Below, one piece after another: positions 13,326-25,492 of a stretch of DNA of 64,000 nucleotides; positions within the stretch are counted from its first letter, which is position 1, and each line of letters starts with the position of its first letter. The notes under the pieces were generated by a model that was not told the DNA's origin, did not search any database, and worked only from the letters and a program-made list of their open reading frames with translations. Position numbers and translations under genes: made by a program. This DNA comes from Eledone cirrhosa. Its lineage: Eukaryota. The stretch is taken from positions 29,326,001 to 29,390,000 of the forward strand of contig OZ024756.1 in assembly GCA_964016885.1 (NCBI GenBank), written 5' to 3'.

Positions 13326-14700
13326 GGTTGAAATGATATATATATATATATATATACATATTGTATATATATACATATTGTATATATATACATATTGTAT
13401 ATATATACATATATATATCAAATTAAAAAATGGAGTTAAAGATTCACGTTAATCCCCTATAATTTAAAGAGCTCGAGGTATAGATTCCAGGCTCTTTAGA
13501 GGACAGTATATAGAGAAAAATATACAAAGAGGTATGTGTTCAATTATAGGGGATAGAATACTACCAGAGTGAAAAGCATATTGTCTACAAAAGGTATGGA
13601 GAATACATATCAATTAAATGAATAAATTAAAATGTACAAACCATCCATTTATACATATAACACCCGGACAAGCTCAAATAGAAAATGTTTCACCAAAAAA
13701 AGTGAAGATTCCATATTGCAGAAAGCTCATCAACAGGTGGACTACAATATGGTCCACACTTCTAAAAATATATCTGATAACTAATATAACACACATGGTG
13801 TAACCAAAAGAAAACTCTGGGCTATAGTTATTTATAAATTATAGCAATTTATAAAAAAAATTCAGCGTGCTAAAGGTTAAACCTGTCAGAGAGAGAGAGA
13901 GAGAGAGTAAGAGTTTCACAGAGAGAGAGTTAGAGAGAGAGAGAGTTTCAGAGAGAGAGAGAGAGAGTTTCACAGAGAGAAACTGGAAATGGAAATTATT
14001 GTTTGCAAAATAACTGGAAAAAAAAAAAAAAAAAAAAATTTGTATAACAAAAAAAAAGGAAAAAAGTTTTAAAATTATATTTGAATTTAAAAAACATTAC
14101 AATATATATATATAAATATATATATAGAGAGAGAGGGGGGTGGTTGAGTCAGCATATGGCTAGTACTTTATCGACTTCAAAAGGATGAAAGGAAAAGCAT
14201 GACTTTGATGGAATTTGAACTCATAGCTGAGTGAGTTGGGACAACAACCATGTCCCTTAACCACTCTGACAATACATGCCATTTTATCGTGATCTAAGGA
14301 AAAGACACAACATAATTTAATGATTGAAAGAAAGTCCCAAAGTTCATACTTATAATTCAAAGTAATTCATTCATCAAAACACCACATTTGCTGCAATTTG
14401 AGTGAAAGAAACATAAAGAGATTGATTTACAATCGATTTCTCCTCATATCTGGCATCAAATTTATTGATTTATATCCTCCGTTCCTATATTCAAAGAATA
14501 CTCTCAGATACTGCCATAGAAATAAAAAAAAATTTATGTAAATAGTTAATAATTCTTGAGGCCTTTTTAGTGAACAGAGAACTGCTTTGGTTACAACTGG
14601 TGACAACAAAGTATAAGAAATGAATGTGTCTATCTGTATATAGATTGGTTTGTCTTATTGTGTGTGTGTGTGTGTGTGTGTGTGTATACACGTGTATGTG

Positions 14701-14761
<61 letters not shown>

Positions 14762-14910
14762 CTGTGTGTGTGTGCATATATATATATATAGAAACCAAGT
14801 AAATATACATCTATATACACACATACACATATCTATATATGTATGTGTGTGTACATGTATGTGTGTATGTGCATGTGTGTATATGTGTTTATACATACAC
14901 TCACATATAC

Positions 14911-14944
<34 letters not shown>

Positions 14945-15206
14945 ACACATCATCAACAACATAACATGAATATATTCCAAACAAGCCTTATTATCCCCGC
15001 CCCCCAGCTCTACATATATGTCACCCTCTCCCAATAGCCTGAATAGCAGAATTAAGTTGCTAAATTCTTCCCATTGAAGAAGATAGAACAACATTGTTAG
15101 ATTCCACAGTAAAAACACCAGTTTTTTCCCACATCTTCAATACAACAGAAGTAACCTTATAGAAACTTTCTAATGTTTCAATTTAAATATGTATATATAT
15201 ATATAT

Positions 15207-15242
<36 letters not shown>

Positions 15243-15582
15243 GTTTAACGTCCATCTTCCACGCTAGCATGGGTTTGGACGGGAATTTTCCCACTTGAGG
15301 CAAGATTGGTTGTCTTGCTCGTATAGGACTGTCTGGCGGGTTTTCTACGGCTGGATATGTATTTATATTTATGCATATATATATAGAGATTTTTTTTTAT
15401 AAATTGCTATATTTTATAAATAACTATAGCCCATGGGCTATATAACATGAGAGTTTTCTTTTGGTTACACCATGTGTGTTATATTAGTTATCAGATATAT
15501 TTTTAGAAGTGTGGACCATATTGTAGTCCACCTGTTGATGAGCTTTCTGCAATATGGAATCTTCACTTTTTTTTTGATACCC

Positions 15583-15633
15583 AGATTCCTGATGATTTCT
15601 AAAGAATGAAACAGTTCTAGTCCTGTAGAATCT
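15583..15633 (+). ncRNA. Type I hammerhead ribozyme motif (family alpha)
   Basis: agattc CTGATGA tttctaaagaat GAAACAG ttctagtc CTGTA gaatct. Confidence 0.7.
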
Positions 15634-15645
15634 CATCTATATTAA

Positions 15646-15687
<42 letters not shown>

Positions 15688-15938
15688 CACCCTTGCAAGC
15701 AGGGAAAAGCGGACGTAAAATGAAATTAATGAAATGATGATGTGTGTGTGTGTATATATATATATGTGTGTGTGTGTATATATATATATGCATATACATA
15801 TATATATATATATATATATGTGTATAAATATATATATATATATATATGTATGTATCTATATGTGTGCGTGTATGTATGTGTTTAACACTGCATTTGTTTT
15901 TAATAGGTGACAAAGGGCGAAATATTTGAAAAGAAAAG

Positions 15939-15999
15939 ATGAGGACAGAAATATGGTATTTAAAGTGGATTATTCTCTCCTTCGTAACTCTAATAAAAT
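15939..15999 (+). CDS. Ig-superfamily receptor, coding exon 1 (signal peptide MRTEIWYLKWIILSFVTLIK-C)
   Basis: Acceptor ttttaatag ends at 15906, ATG at 15939, hydrophobic leader, donor T|gtaggt at 16000. Phase 1 matches the next exon. Confidence 0.75.
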
Positions 16000-16086
16000 G
16001 TAGGTTTACACTTTTATATTATCAACATTCTCTCCTTCATTTCTTCACACACGCATATCATCATCAGTATTATCATCATCGTTTAA

Positions 16087-16295
16087 CCCTTTCGCATTTA
16101 AATTACTTTATATTTACTTTTGTATTTTTTTTAGTAAAGGCCTTCCCTCACATAATATCGAAGCTATGAGATTTTGATATTATTTATTTTGAGAACAATA
16201 CCTTATCATAAGTATAAGCAGCCGGTTACAGCCAATTTGAACAGAAAGATGTGAGAGAATTCTGGCCAGATACAGCCTGTTTAAATGCTAAAAGG
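16087..16295. mobile_element. piggyBac-like MITE
   Basis: TTAA-CCCTTTCGCATTTA...TAAATGCTAAAAGG-TTAA. Confidence 0.75.
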
Positions 16296-16374
16296 TTAAT
16301 GTCCACTTTCCAGGTTAGCATGGGTTAGATGCTAGATTTCTACAGCTGGATGCCCTTCCTAACACCAACTATAT

Positions 16375-17335
16375 TTATAGTGTGTGCTGGGTGTTCTTTG
16401 TCAAGATACCTACACGACCACTTTACAATGTCAGCTGGCTGCTTTTTGTTGACACCCACACAACCACTTTACAGTGTGGGTTGGGTGCTTTTTGTTATGA
16501 CACCTACACAACCACTTTACAGTGTAGGCTGGGTGACTTTTGTTGTGACACCTACACAACCACTTTACAGTGTGGGTTGGGTGCTTTTTGTTATGACACC
16601 TACACAACCACTTTACAGTGTAGGCTGGGTGACTTTTGTTATGACACCTACACAACCACTTTACAGTGTAGGCTGGGTGACTTTTGTTGTGACACCCACA
16701 CAACCACTTTACAGTGTAGGCTGGGTGACTTTTGTTGTGACACCCACACAACCACTTTACAGTGTAGGCTGGGTGACTTTTGTTGTGACACCTACACAAC
16801 CACTTTACAGTGTGGGCTGAGTGACTTTTGTTGTGACACCTACACAACCACTTTACAGTGTAGGCTGGGTGACTTTTGTTGTGACACCTACACTGCTACT
16901 TTACAGTGTGGGTTGGGTGACTTTTGTTGTGACACCTACACAACCACTTTACAGTGTAGGTTGGGTGACTTTTGTTGTGACACCTACACAACCACTTTAC
17001 AGTGTAGGTTGGGTGACTTTTGTTGTGACACCTACACAACCACTTTACAGTGTGGGCTGGGTGACTTTTGTTGTGACACCTACACAACCACTTTACAGTG
17101 TAGGCTGGGTGACTTTTGTTGTGACACCTACACAACCACTTTACAGTGTGGGCTGAGTGACTTTTGTTGTGACACCTACACAACCACTTTACAGTGTAGG
17201 CTGGGTGACTTTTGTTGTGACACCCACACAACCACTTTACAGTGTAGGCTGGGTGACTTTTGTTGTGACACCTACACTGCTACTTTACAGTGTAGACTGG
17301 ATACTTTTTTTTATACCAACATAACTTTACAGTGC
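16375..17335. repeat. 48-bp SINE-derived minisatellite, about 20 copies
   Basis: Unit ttacagtgtaggctgggtgacttttgttgtgacacctacacaaccact. Confidence 0.95.
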
Positions 17336-17635
17336 AGTAACTGCCCATGTTTCACTACTATGCACACAGGTGTCACACATTGTGCATAGGTAGAGTAGCT
17401 TTCTAAATTTCTTCCATCCTATCCTTATTCTAGCTATTATGTTCTCAGTGCATCTCCCTCCATTGCTGATTAGGTCAACTTGATAGCAGAACTTGTCAAC
17501 CACTTCTATGGATCCTTCCTGTGACTTGAAGAGGTTTATATCACTGCCTCTCTTCCCCTCAATTAGTCCTGTGTTTTTTCTACATACAAAGTTTTCCTTT
17601 CCAGTTAGTCTACCTGTTATCCCACTACATCTTTT
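17330..17635 (-). mobile_element. RTE-type LINE reverse transcriptase fragment
   Basis: IEVVDKFCYQVDLISNGG...IIARIRIGWKKFRKL...HSSETWAV resembles the RTE RT C-terminal region (FxYLG...ARI..GW..F...YGSETW). Confidence 0.8.
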
Positions 17636-17835
17636 GTATATATATATATGAATATGTATTATATGTATATATATATATATATGTAGTGACCTACATTCCG
17701 CAGGCTCACATACATCCTCTTCTACTGGCGTTGATTGGCTGAGCTGAGCCAAATCACGCACAGAGAATGTATGTGAGCCCGCAGAGTGTAGGTTACTACA
17801 ATAAGAGGATATATGTGAGCCCGCGGAATGTAGGT

Positions 17836-17874
<39 letters not shown>

Positions 17875-17973
17875 AAAGTTAAACAAGGTTCAATGAATAC
17901 ATCAAAGAATGAGTTTTACTACCATGACTGAATCTTAACCATCTACTATGTCAGTGTATGTCATGCATCATCT

Positions 17974-18040
17974 TATTTTATCTGATGAGGACGTACTGTT
18001 GAACTTAACTCAGTACCTCTGAAATATGTATAATAAAATA
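17974..18040 (+). ncRNA. Type I hammerhead ribozyme motif (family gamma, minimal stem III)
   Basis: tattttat CTGATGA ggacgtactg...cagtacctct GAAATATGTATA ataaaata, with an 8-bp stem I. Confidence 0.68.
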
Positions 18041-18076
18041 TAATTGATCACAAGAATATCTATTTTGTTAATATTT

Positions 18077-18147
<71 letters not shown>

Positions 18148-18238
18148 GTATGTATACATATATATGTATACATATATACGTATACATACATGTATACATA
18201 TGTGTACATGTATATATGTATATATATTATGTCTATAT

Positions 18239-18271
<33 letters not shown>

Positions 18272-18315
18272 TACATACATACATAGTTAAATCTCTGTTT
18301 CTCTTTACTTGATAG

Positions 18316-18627
18316 GTGTCCCATTTGATCTCATTTTTCACTCCAGTGCGAAAATCGTGGAAGACAATTTGATCATAACAGAGGGTGAAATAGTGTCACT
18401 GAAGTGTGAGGCAAACTTTCCTGGGAAATATAATATAACATTAGAATGGAAAAATGCTCCTGATGAGGACAACAGCCGAGACTACTCCAGCAAATTGTAT
18501 AATTATGATAGTACTTTTGTTAATGTAAATTTCAGCGCAGTACGTCGACTTCACAATATGAAGATATTCTGTGCAACTAAATTTCGTAATAGCTCCATAG
18601 AGCGCTCCCTACTATTAAAGGTCTATT
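18316..18627 (+). CDS. Ig-superfamily receptor, exon 2 (Ig domain 1)
   Basis: Acceptor ctttacttgatag, donor gtaagt, phase 1-1. Ig pattern EGEIVSLKC...LEW...HNMKIFCA...LLLKVY with several NxS/T sites. Confidence 0.92.
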
Positions 18628-18644
18628 GTAAGTGAAAAAACTTT

Positions 18645-19457
18645 ACCATCTCTCCCATCTCTCTCTCTCTCTCTCACACTTCTGTCCCATCTCTCTCTCT
18701 CTCTCTCTTTCCCACACCTGTCCCATCTCTCTCTCTCTCTCTCTCTCCCACACCTGTCCCATCTCTCTCTCTCACACACCTCTGTCCCATCTCTCTCTCT
18801 CTCTCACCCACACCTGTCCCATCTCTCTCTCTCCTATACTTCTGTCCCTTCTCTCTCTCCCACACCTGTCCCATCTCTCTCTCTCCTATACTTCTGTCCC
18901 TTCTCTCTCTCACACACCTGTCCCATCTCTCTCTCTCTCTCACCCACACCTGTCCCATCTCTCTCTCTCTCGCCCACACCTGTCCCATCTCTCTCTCTCT
19001 CTCACCCACACCTGTCCCATCTCTCTCTCTCCTATACTTCTGTCCCTTCTCTCTCTCCCACACCTGTCCCATCTCTCTCTCTCCTATACTTCTGTCCCTT
19101 CTCTCTCTCACACACCTGTCCCATCTCTCTCTCTCTCTCTCCCACACCTGTCCCATCTCTCTCTCACCCACACCTGTCCCATCTCTCTCTCTCTCTCTCC
19201 CACACCTGTCCCATCTCTCTCTCTCGCTCACACACACCTCTGACCCATCTCTCTCTCTCTCTCTCTCCCACACCTGTCCCATCTCTCTCTCTCCTATACT
19301 TCTGTCCCTTCTCTCTCTCACACACCTGTCCCATCTCTCTCTCTCTCTCTCTCTCCCACACCTGTCCCATCTCTCTCTCTCCTATACTTCTGTCCTTTCT
19401 CTCTCTCACAGACCTGTCCCATCTCTCTCTCTCTCTCTCACACACACCTCTGACCCA

Positions 19458-19517
<60 letters not shown>

Positions 19518-19520
19518 ACC
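18645..19520. repeat. Compound (CT)n / cacacctgtcccat minisatellite filling an intron
   Basis: Directly visible. Confidence 0.9.
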
Positions 19521-19598
19521 TCTGCTAATTATTACTCACAGACAGGTATCATTTCTAATGTTCTAACTTTCATTTATTTATTATTCACTGCTTTACAG

Positions 19599-19865
19599 AT
19601 CTAACAAATATAACAGCGTATGTGGTTCCATTGACTGTGGTCTCTGGCTCCAGAGCAGCTCTCGTGTGTAAAGCTGATGGTCGCCCACCTATAAACAGAA
19701 CATGGACAAAAAATGGCAGTTCCTGGAAGACAGAATCTAAAGAAATCATTCTATTCAACAATGTCACTAAAAATGAAGCTGGGAGCTACAAGTGTACTGT
19801 GTCAAATAGTATTGGAAGTAAATCAATGATTGTTAAACTTAAAATCAAAGGAGACTCAATGGAAG
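19599..19865 (+). CDS. Ig-superfamily receptor, exon 3 (Ig domain 2, I/C2-set-like)
   Basis: Acceptor ctttacag, donor G|gtgaat, phase 1-1. Motifs LVCKADGRPP...WTKNG...EAGSYKCTVSNSIG. Confidence 0.93.
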
Positions 19866-20015
19866 GTGAATATTTTAAGTGATAACATTTTATCCTCTGA
19901 TAACTAAATCATAACTTAGCCAATATTTGCCTTTTACTGTTTTTTTGTTCTTGTTTTATTTTCATTTTAAAAGCTTGTGTAAACAATTGGCCTACATATA
20001 CATATATATATATAT

Positions 20016-20044
<29 letters not shown>

Positions 20045-20056
<12 letters not shown>

Positions 20057-20540
20057 AGAGGATATCTGTCTGTCTATTTGTCTGTTTGTCTGACTATCTG
20101 TCTGTCTGTCTGTGTAAACCCTAAAACTCGAGAAGTACCCGACCAATATTTTTCAAACTTGACACATGCGTTACTTATATTTCTTGAAGTGCAATGGGCT
20201 AAACAAATTTTAACTTTTTCTGTCCTAGGGCCCGCATAAGACGAAAAACCGCAATTTTAAAGGCATTTTTAGGCTTTTTTTTTGGCATAACTTAAAGATA
20301 ATACAGCCGATTTCCTTGAAATGTGCAGCACACATTAGTTAGTCCCCTCGCATTGCTGTGGACAAAAAAAATTTCCGATTCCATTAATGGTTTCTAGGAA
20401 ATTTACGAACTAGCATTGGGCATTACATGCCATTTTCATTTTCAATATAAACGCTACTTAAACATCGTAAGTAGCATATAATATTTGGTTTATTTAACAG
20501 AGCACACAAGCAAACATTAAACAATCTTTTAAATAAATTA
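20045..20540 (+). mobile_element. 5' part of a Helitron-like non-autonomous element
   Basis: TATATTAAAAAAGAGGATAT plus (GTCT)n, then aaactcgag...ttcaaacttgacacatg. No 3' hairpin seen. Confidence 0.5.
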
Positions 20541-20578
20541 AAATACGATTTAAATATTTACATATATATATGTATATG

Positions 20579-20625
<47 letters not shown>

Positions 20626-21201
20626 ATATATATATATATATAGGAAAAGAGTCAGGACCCCTTACTCTACTACCCTAAGTATTGAGTACTCTGGTGTGTT
20701 ATGATGTCCACCTGATTTCTTAACACACTTTCTTTGTTATATATATATATTTCACGTTGCTCCAGTATACTCAGCTGAAAATGAGTACCAGCAATAGCTA
20801 GGGGTTTAACCCTGCGATGGACTGGCGTCCTGTCCAGGGAGGAGTCTTGTACTCTCAGTCACTTCATGCCATGAAACCGAGATAAACACCAGCCAAATGA
20901 GCCTTCTGGCTTAAGACAGACTTTAGACTTTAGATATATATATACTTCTTCCTCCCACACCACCCTTACTCTGTAAAGTTATATTGGTACCACAAAACAT
21001 CCAGCCCACACTGTAAAGTGGTCGTGTAGGTGTCATGACAAAAAGCACCCAGTCCACAGTTAAGTGGTTGCGTAGGTGTCATGACAAAAAGCACCCAGTC
21101 CGCACTGTAAAGTAGTCGTGTAGGAGACACAGTAAAAAGCACCCGGTCAGAACTAGCTGTTGAAATGGTAGCTCAGCCATTGGGGTCCCAAATCCTTCAT
21201 T

Positions 21202-21257
<56 letters not shown>

Positions 21258-21259
<2 letters not shown>

Positions 21260-21417
21260 ATATTTCCCAGTGTCAAAGACGCTACTTTTTTCCAAAAATA
21301 AGTCTCAAAAATCTACCATGCGTCCTGGAGGTTAATTATTATTTTTTTTCAAATTTTTGTTTCCAAAATTAGGGTGCGTCCTCGAAAACGAAGCGTCTTT
21401 GGTTCCGGGTAATATGG
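21258..21417. mobile_element. Tc1/mariner(pogo)-type MITE
   Basis: TA-CCATATTTCCC...AAAGACGC / GCGTCTTT...GGGTAATATGG-TA. Confidence 0.7.
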
Positions 21418-21431
21418 TATACATATATGTG

Positions 21432-21467
<36 letters not shown>

Positions 21468-21725
21468 CATATATATGTAAATGACCAGGAGACCATATAC
21501 TAAACTATATTGACAGGTAAACTGCAATACCTGTATATATACATACATAAACCAACTTGAATCCATTTTTTTATCATTTGATATAGAACGACAAAATTAT
21601 TAAACTATTGCTCGAAATCAAAAGGTTTCCATTAATCCTTTCAACCTTTCTTTCTTCTTCTTCCTGTTACACATTACCACCACCACCAACAACAACAACA
21701 CAACGACTACCACCACCACCATCAG

Positions 21726-21866
21726 CTGATCTACACCCCAGAGATGCCATGGTCTTACCAATAATACAAACAACACTCGCTTTCTCCATTCTTATAATCA
21801 TACTTCTCTTGGTTGTGTTGACAACTATCATACTTTACCTTCGACACATCGTCCCCGCAAGGACCC
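21726..21866 (+). CDS. Ig-superfamily receptor, exon 4 (transmembrane helix)
   Basis: Acceptor atcag, donor C|gtaagt, phase 1-1. TLAFSILIIILLLVVLTTIILYL followed by RH..RTR. Confidence 0.85.
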
Positions 21867-21987
21867 GTAAGTATAACTGGTATATATTTATTTATTTTAT
21901 TATTTAATCTTCCATCTTACTTACACAATAAGCCACACACATAAATATATATATATATTTGTATAAATATATATATATATATATATA

Positions 21988-22320
21988 TCATTTCATTTTA
22001 CGTCCGCTTTTCCCTGCTTGCAAGGGTGGGACGGGAACTGATTCTGGCTTGATTTCTACAGCTGGATGCCCTTCCTAACACCAACCTCATTTACAGTGAG
22101 TGCTCAGTGCTTTTTTGCCGTGGCACCTCCACGACCACTTTGCAGTGGAATGATAAGGACCTCAGTCTCTATCATCTCATTTCTACAGCTGAGTAAACTG
22201 GAGCAATGTGAAATAAAGTGTCTTGCTCAAGGAAACAACACATCACCCGGTCCGAGAATTGAACTCACAACCTTTCGATTGCAAGGCCAAGGCTCTAACC
22301 ACTAAGCCATGTGCCTCCAT
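21988..22320 (-). mobile_element. SINE family A, full length
   Basis: Near-identical reverse complement of the 13-kb copy. Source of the recurrent spurious MPFLTPTSF ORF. Confidence 0.85.
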
Positions 22321-22548
22321 ATATATATATATTTATTAAAATAACAGATTAAAGTTTAAGCAAAGAATCGCTGCTTTCACCCTTAGCGGGATCTTCTGAA
22401 GATCCCGTTAAGGGTGAAAGCAGCGATTCTTTGCTTAAACTTTAATCTGTTATTTTAATAAATATTTGCTCTGCGGTTCTTATATATTTGATATATATTT
22501 ATCCTTATCGAGCCCTCTTTGGATTTTAGTCTTCTAATTTATTATTAT

Positions 22549-22612
<64 letters not shown>

Positions 22613-22788
22613 GTATGGTTGCATGAAAAATGCATCCGTAGGCAGTATGCGCCGGTTAGAATTGGAAACGAACTCATATCTGACAACCTTTCGATTAGAG
22701 TCAGGTTCGATCTATAATAGGTCTTGACTCAAGCTGATCGATAGTGAAACATATATAATACGTTATGATGCAACACTGAATCCTCGTT

Positions 22789-22835
<47 letters not shown>

Positions 22836-22915
22836 TAACAGATTAAAGTTTAAGCAAAGCATCGCTGCTTTCACCCTTAACGGGATCTTCTGAAAAAATG
22901 TTAGTCTTCACATTT

Positions 22916-22968
<53 letters not shown>

Positions 22969-23116
22969 ATTATTTTAAGATTTAATTTATTGATTTATCG
23001 ATATCATCTTATTGAGTGTTTGTGCAAAGCTTCTGAGGATTGTTCTTTCGAGAGATGCTGCCATAGCTGCAACTCCGATTTTACTCACTATAATTATTAT
23101 ATATATAATGTCCAAG

Positions 23117-23305
23117 GGCTGTGGATTGGCAGTATTGGTAGAGGGTCAGACGCCATGCTTTGACGTATAGAGTTACGGCCCTTGCCATTCTGAGTTCAAA
23201 TCCTGCCAAGGTTAACTTTGCCTTTCATCCTTACGGGGTTGATAAAATAAAGTACCAGTAATACACTGGATAATTGCTGGTTTGTGCCTAACGTAGAAAC
23301 AATTA
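23117..23305 (+). mobile_element. SINE family B
   Basis: Same head, core and tail. Confidence 0.85.
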
Positions 23306-23323
23306 TATATATAATGTCCATTA

Positions 23324-23361
23324 CGAGCTGAGGATCCGCTAAGGTGAAACAATTGTTCTCG
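23324..23361 (+). ncRNA. Minimal type I hammerhead ribozyme motif with palindromic stem III
   Basis: cgag CTGAGGA tcc gctaa ggt GAAACAATTGTT ctcg. Confidence 0.68.
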
Positions 23362-23388
23362 GTATGGTGAACTAACTGTTGTGTAACC

Positions 23389-23424
<36 letters not shown>

Positions 23425-23726
23425 AACAGGGAGAAAGAGACGATTTTAGGAAGAAAAATATATTTTTTTCCTTTTTTCTTTCTCTCTTTTTTCTGGGTTA
23501 AAAAATGATTAAAACGAAATGTTTTACTTTGTGTGAAGTGTTAAGGTATTAGTTGATTTATTTATTAATTAACAATGTCATTTATTTATCTATTTATATA
23601 TTTAATAATTGTCTATTACCGCTTTCAGCATTTTTATGCATTATCAAATGATAGTGATATGTATTAGTGTATATATATATTAGTGTATATATGTATTAGT
23701 GTATATATTTATATATATATCATGGC

Positions 23727-24030
23727 GTTGCAATCGAAAGGTTGTGAGTTCAATTCTCAGACCGGGTGATGTGTTGTTTCCTTGAGCAAGACACTTTATT
23801 TCACATTGCTCCAGTTTACTCAGCTGTAGAAATGAGATGATAGGGACTGGGGTCTCTATCATTCCACTGCAAAGTGGTTGTGTAGGCGCCACGGCAAAAA
23901 AACACCCAGCACTCACTGTAAATGAGGTTGGTGTTAGGAAGGGCATCCAGCTGTAGAAATCAAGCCAGAATCAGTTCCCGTCCCACCCTTGCAAGCAGGG
24001 AAAAAGCCAACGTAAAATGATGATGATGAT
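23727..24030 (+). mobile_element. SINE family A, 5'-truncated
   Basis: Matches family A from ttgcaatcgaaagg to the (ATG)n tail. Confidence 0.85.
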
Positions 24031-24165
24031 GATAATGATATATATATATAGTGTGTGTGTGTGTGTGTATACCTGTGTATGTCTGTGTGTGTCACACATG
24101 GGTCAATTTAATCGATTTTCCCCTTCCCTCAAAATTGTTGTCCTTGTGCCCAAATCAGAAACCAA

Positions 24166-24199
<34 letters not shown>

Positions 24200-24248
24200 G
24201 TACATTTCAGTTATTTACACTAAATTTATTTTGATTGTTTTGTTACAG

Positions 24249-24264
24249 GAAAGAATAAAAGACA
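24249..24264 (+). CDS. Ig-superfamily receptor, exon 5 (16-nt microexon, basic juxtamembrane RKNKRH)
   Basis: ttttgttacag|GAAAGAATAAAAGACA|gtaagt. Phase 1-2 exactly bridges the phases of exons 4 and 6. Confidence 0.75.
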
Positions 24265-25019
24265 GTAAGTAAAAGCTTCTTTAATTGTGGAAGAGATGGT
24301 GTGAGTAGAATTGGGGTCAGGACTTGAGAACTTAATCCCTAAACGTTAGATAGAATGCTGTATAGTATTCGTTCTGGTTTTCTGCTCTCCGAGTTCAAAT
24401 CCTGCCATGGTCAACTTTGCCTTTCCTTCTTTTGAGGTCAATAAAAAAAGTACCAGTCGAGTACTGAGGTTAATTCTTCCTCTATATCTCTTTCTCTGGA
24501 AGAAATCTGTTGTACTCAGGCCTGGGGAGGTATGACACCGCTAGGTTTAAAATGCCCAAGAAACGCTGTATATCAATACTGGCCCCTACGACTCTATCAG
24601 GAGTTACGGGGACATAATACTACCTGACAGTTATCATGGTTCACTGAGTTCAAATCCCGCCATTGTCAACATTGCCTTTAATCCTTTCGTGGTCGATAAG
24701 AAAGTACCAGTCTAGTACTGGTGTCGATTCTTCTTATCTCTCGAAGAAATCTGCTGTACTCTGCCCTGAAGAGGGATAGGCTCTGCCAGGCTTAAAATGG
24801 CCAAGAAACGATGTATGTCATTACCGACCCCTACGACTCTATCAGGAGTTACGGGGTCCTAATACTACCTGACACTTGTCATAGTTCAGGTATATTGAGA
24901 CTTAACACTTTTGACACTAAACTTGTAAAAAGCCTGTCCCCAGTTCTATCAAACAAAACTACCCATTTTTAAAGGCTCCTTACCTCTCTCCCACCATACT
25001 CTGGGGAAACGCCTTCTTT

Positions 25020-25358
25020 GTGTGTGTGTATGTGTGTGTATATATATACACACACATATTTTGGTATTTTAACATAGTTATATCTTTCTATGTGTGTATA
25101 TATATATATATATATACACACATATATTTTGGTATTTTAACATAGTTATATCTTTCTATGTGTGTGTGTATATATATATACGCACACATATTTTGGTATC
25201 TTAACATAGTTATATCTTTCTATGTGTGTATATATATATATATAATATACACACATATTTTGGTATTTTAACATAGTTATATCTTTCTATGTGTGTGTGG
25301 ATATATATATATAATATACACACATATTTTGGTATTTTAACATAGTTATATCTTTCTA

Positions 25359-25412
<54 letters not shown>

Positions 25413-25446
25413 TATTTTGGTATTTTAACATAGTTATATCTTTCTA

Positions 25447-25492
<46 letters not shown>

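Noticed and set aside
16329-17389. Cys-rich 335-aa ORF and overlapping ORFs
   Set aside because: Translation of a 48-bp SINE-derived tandem array.
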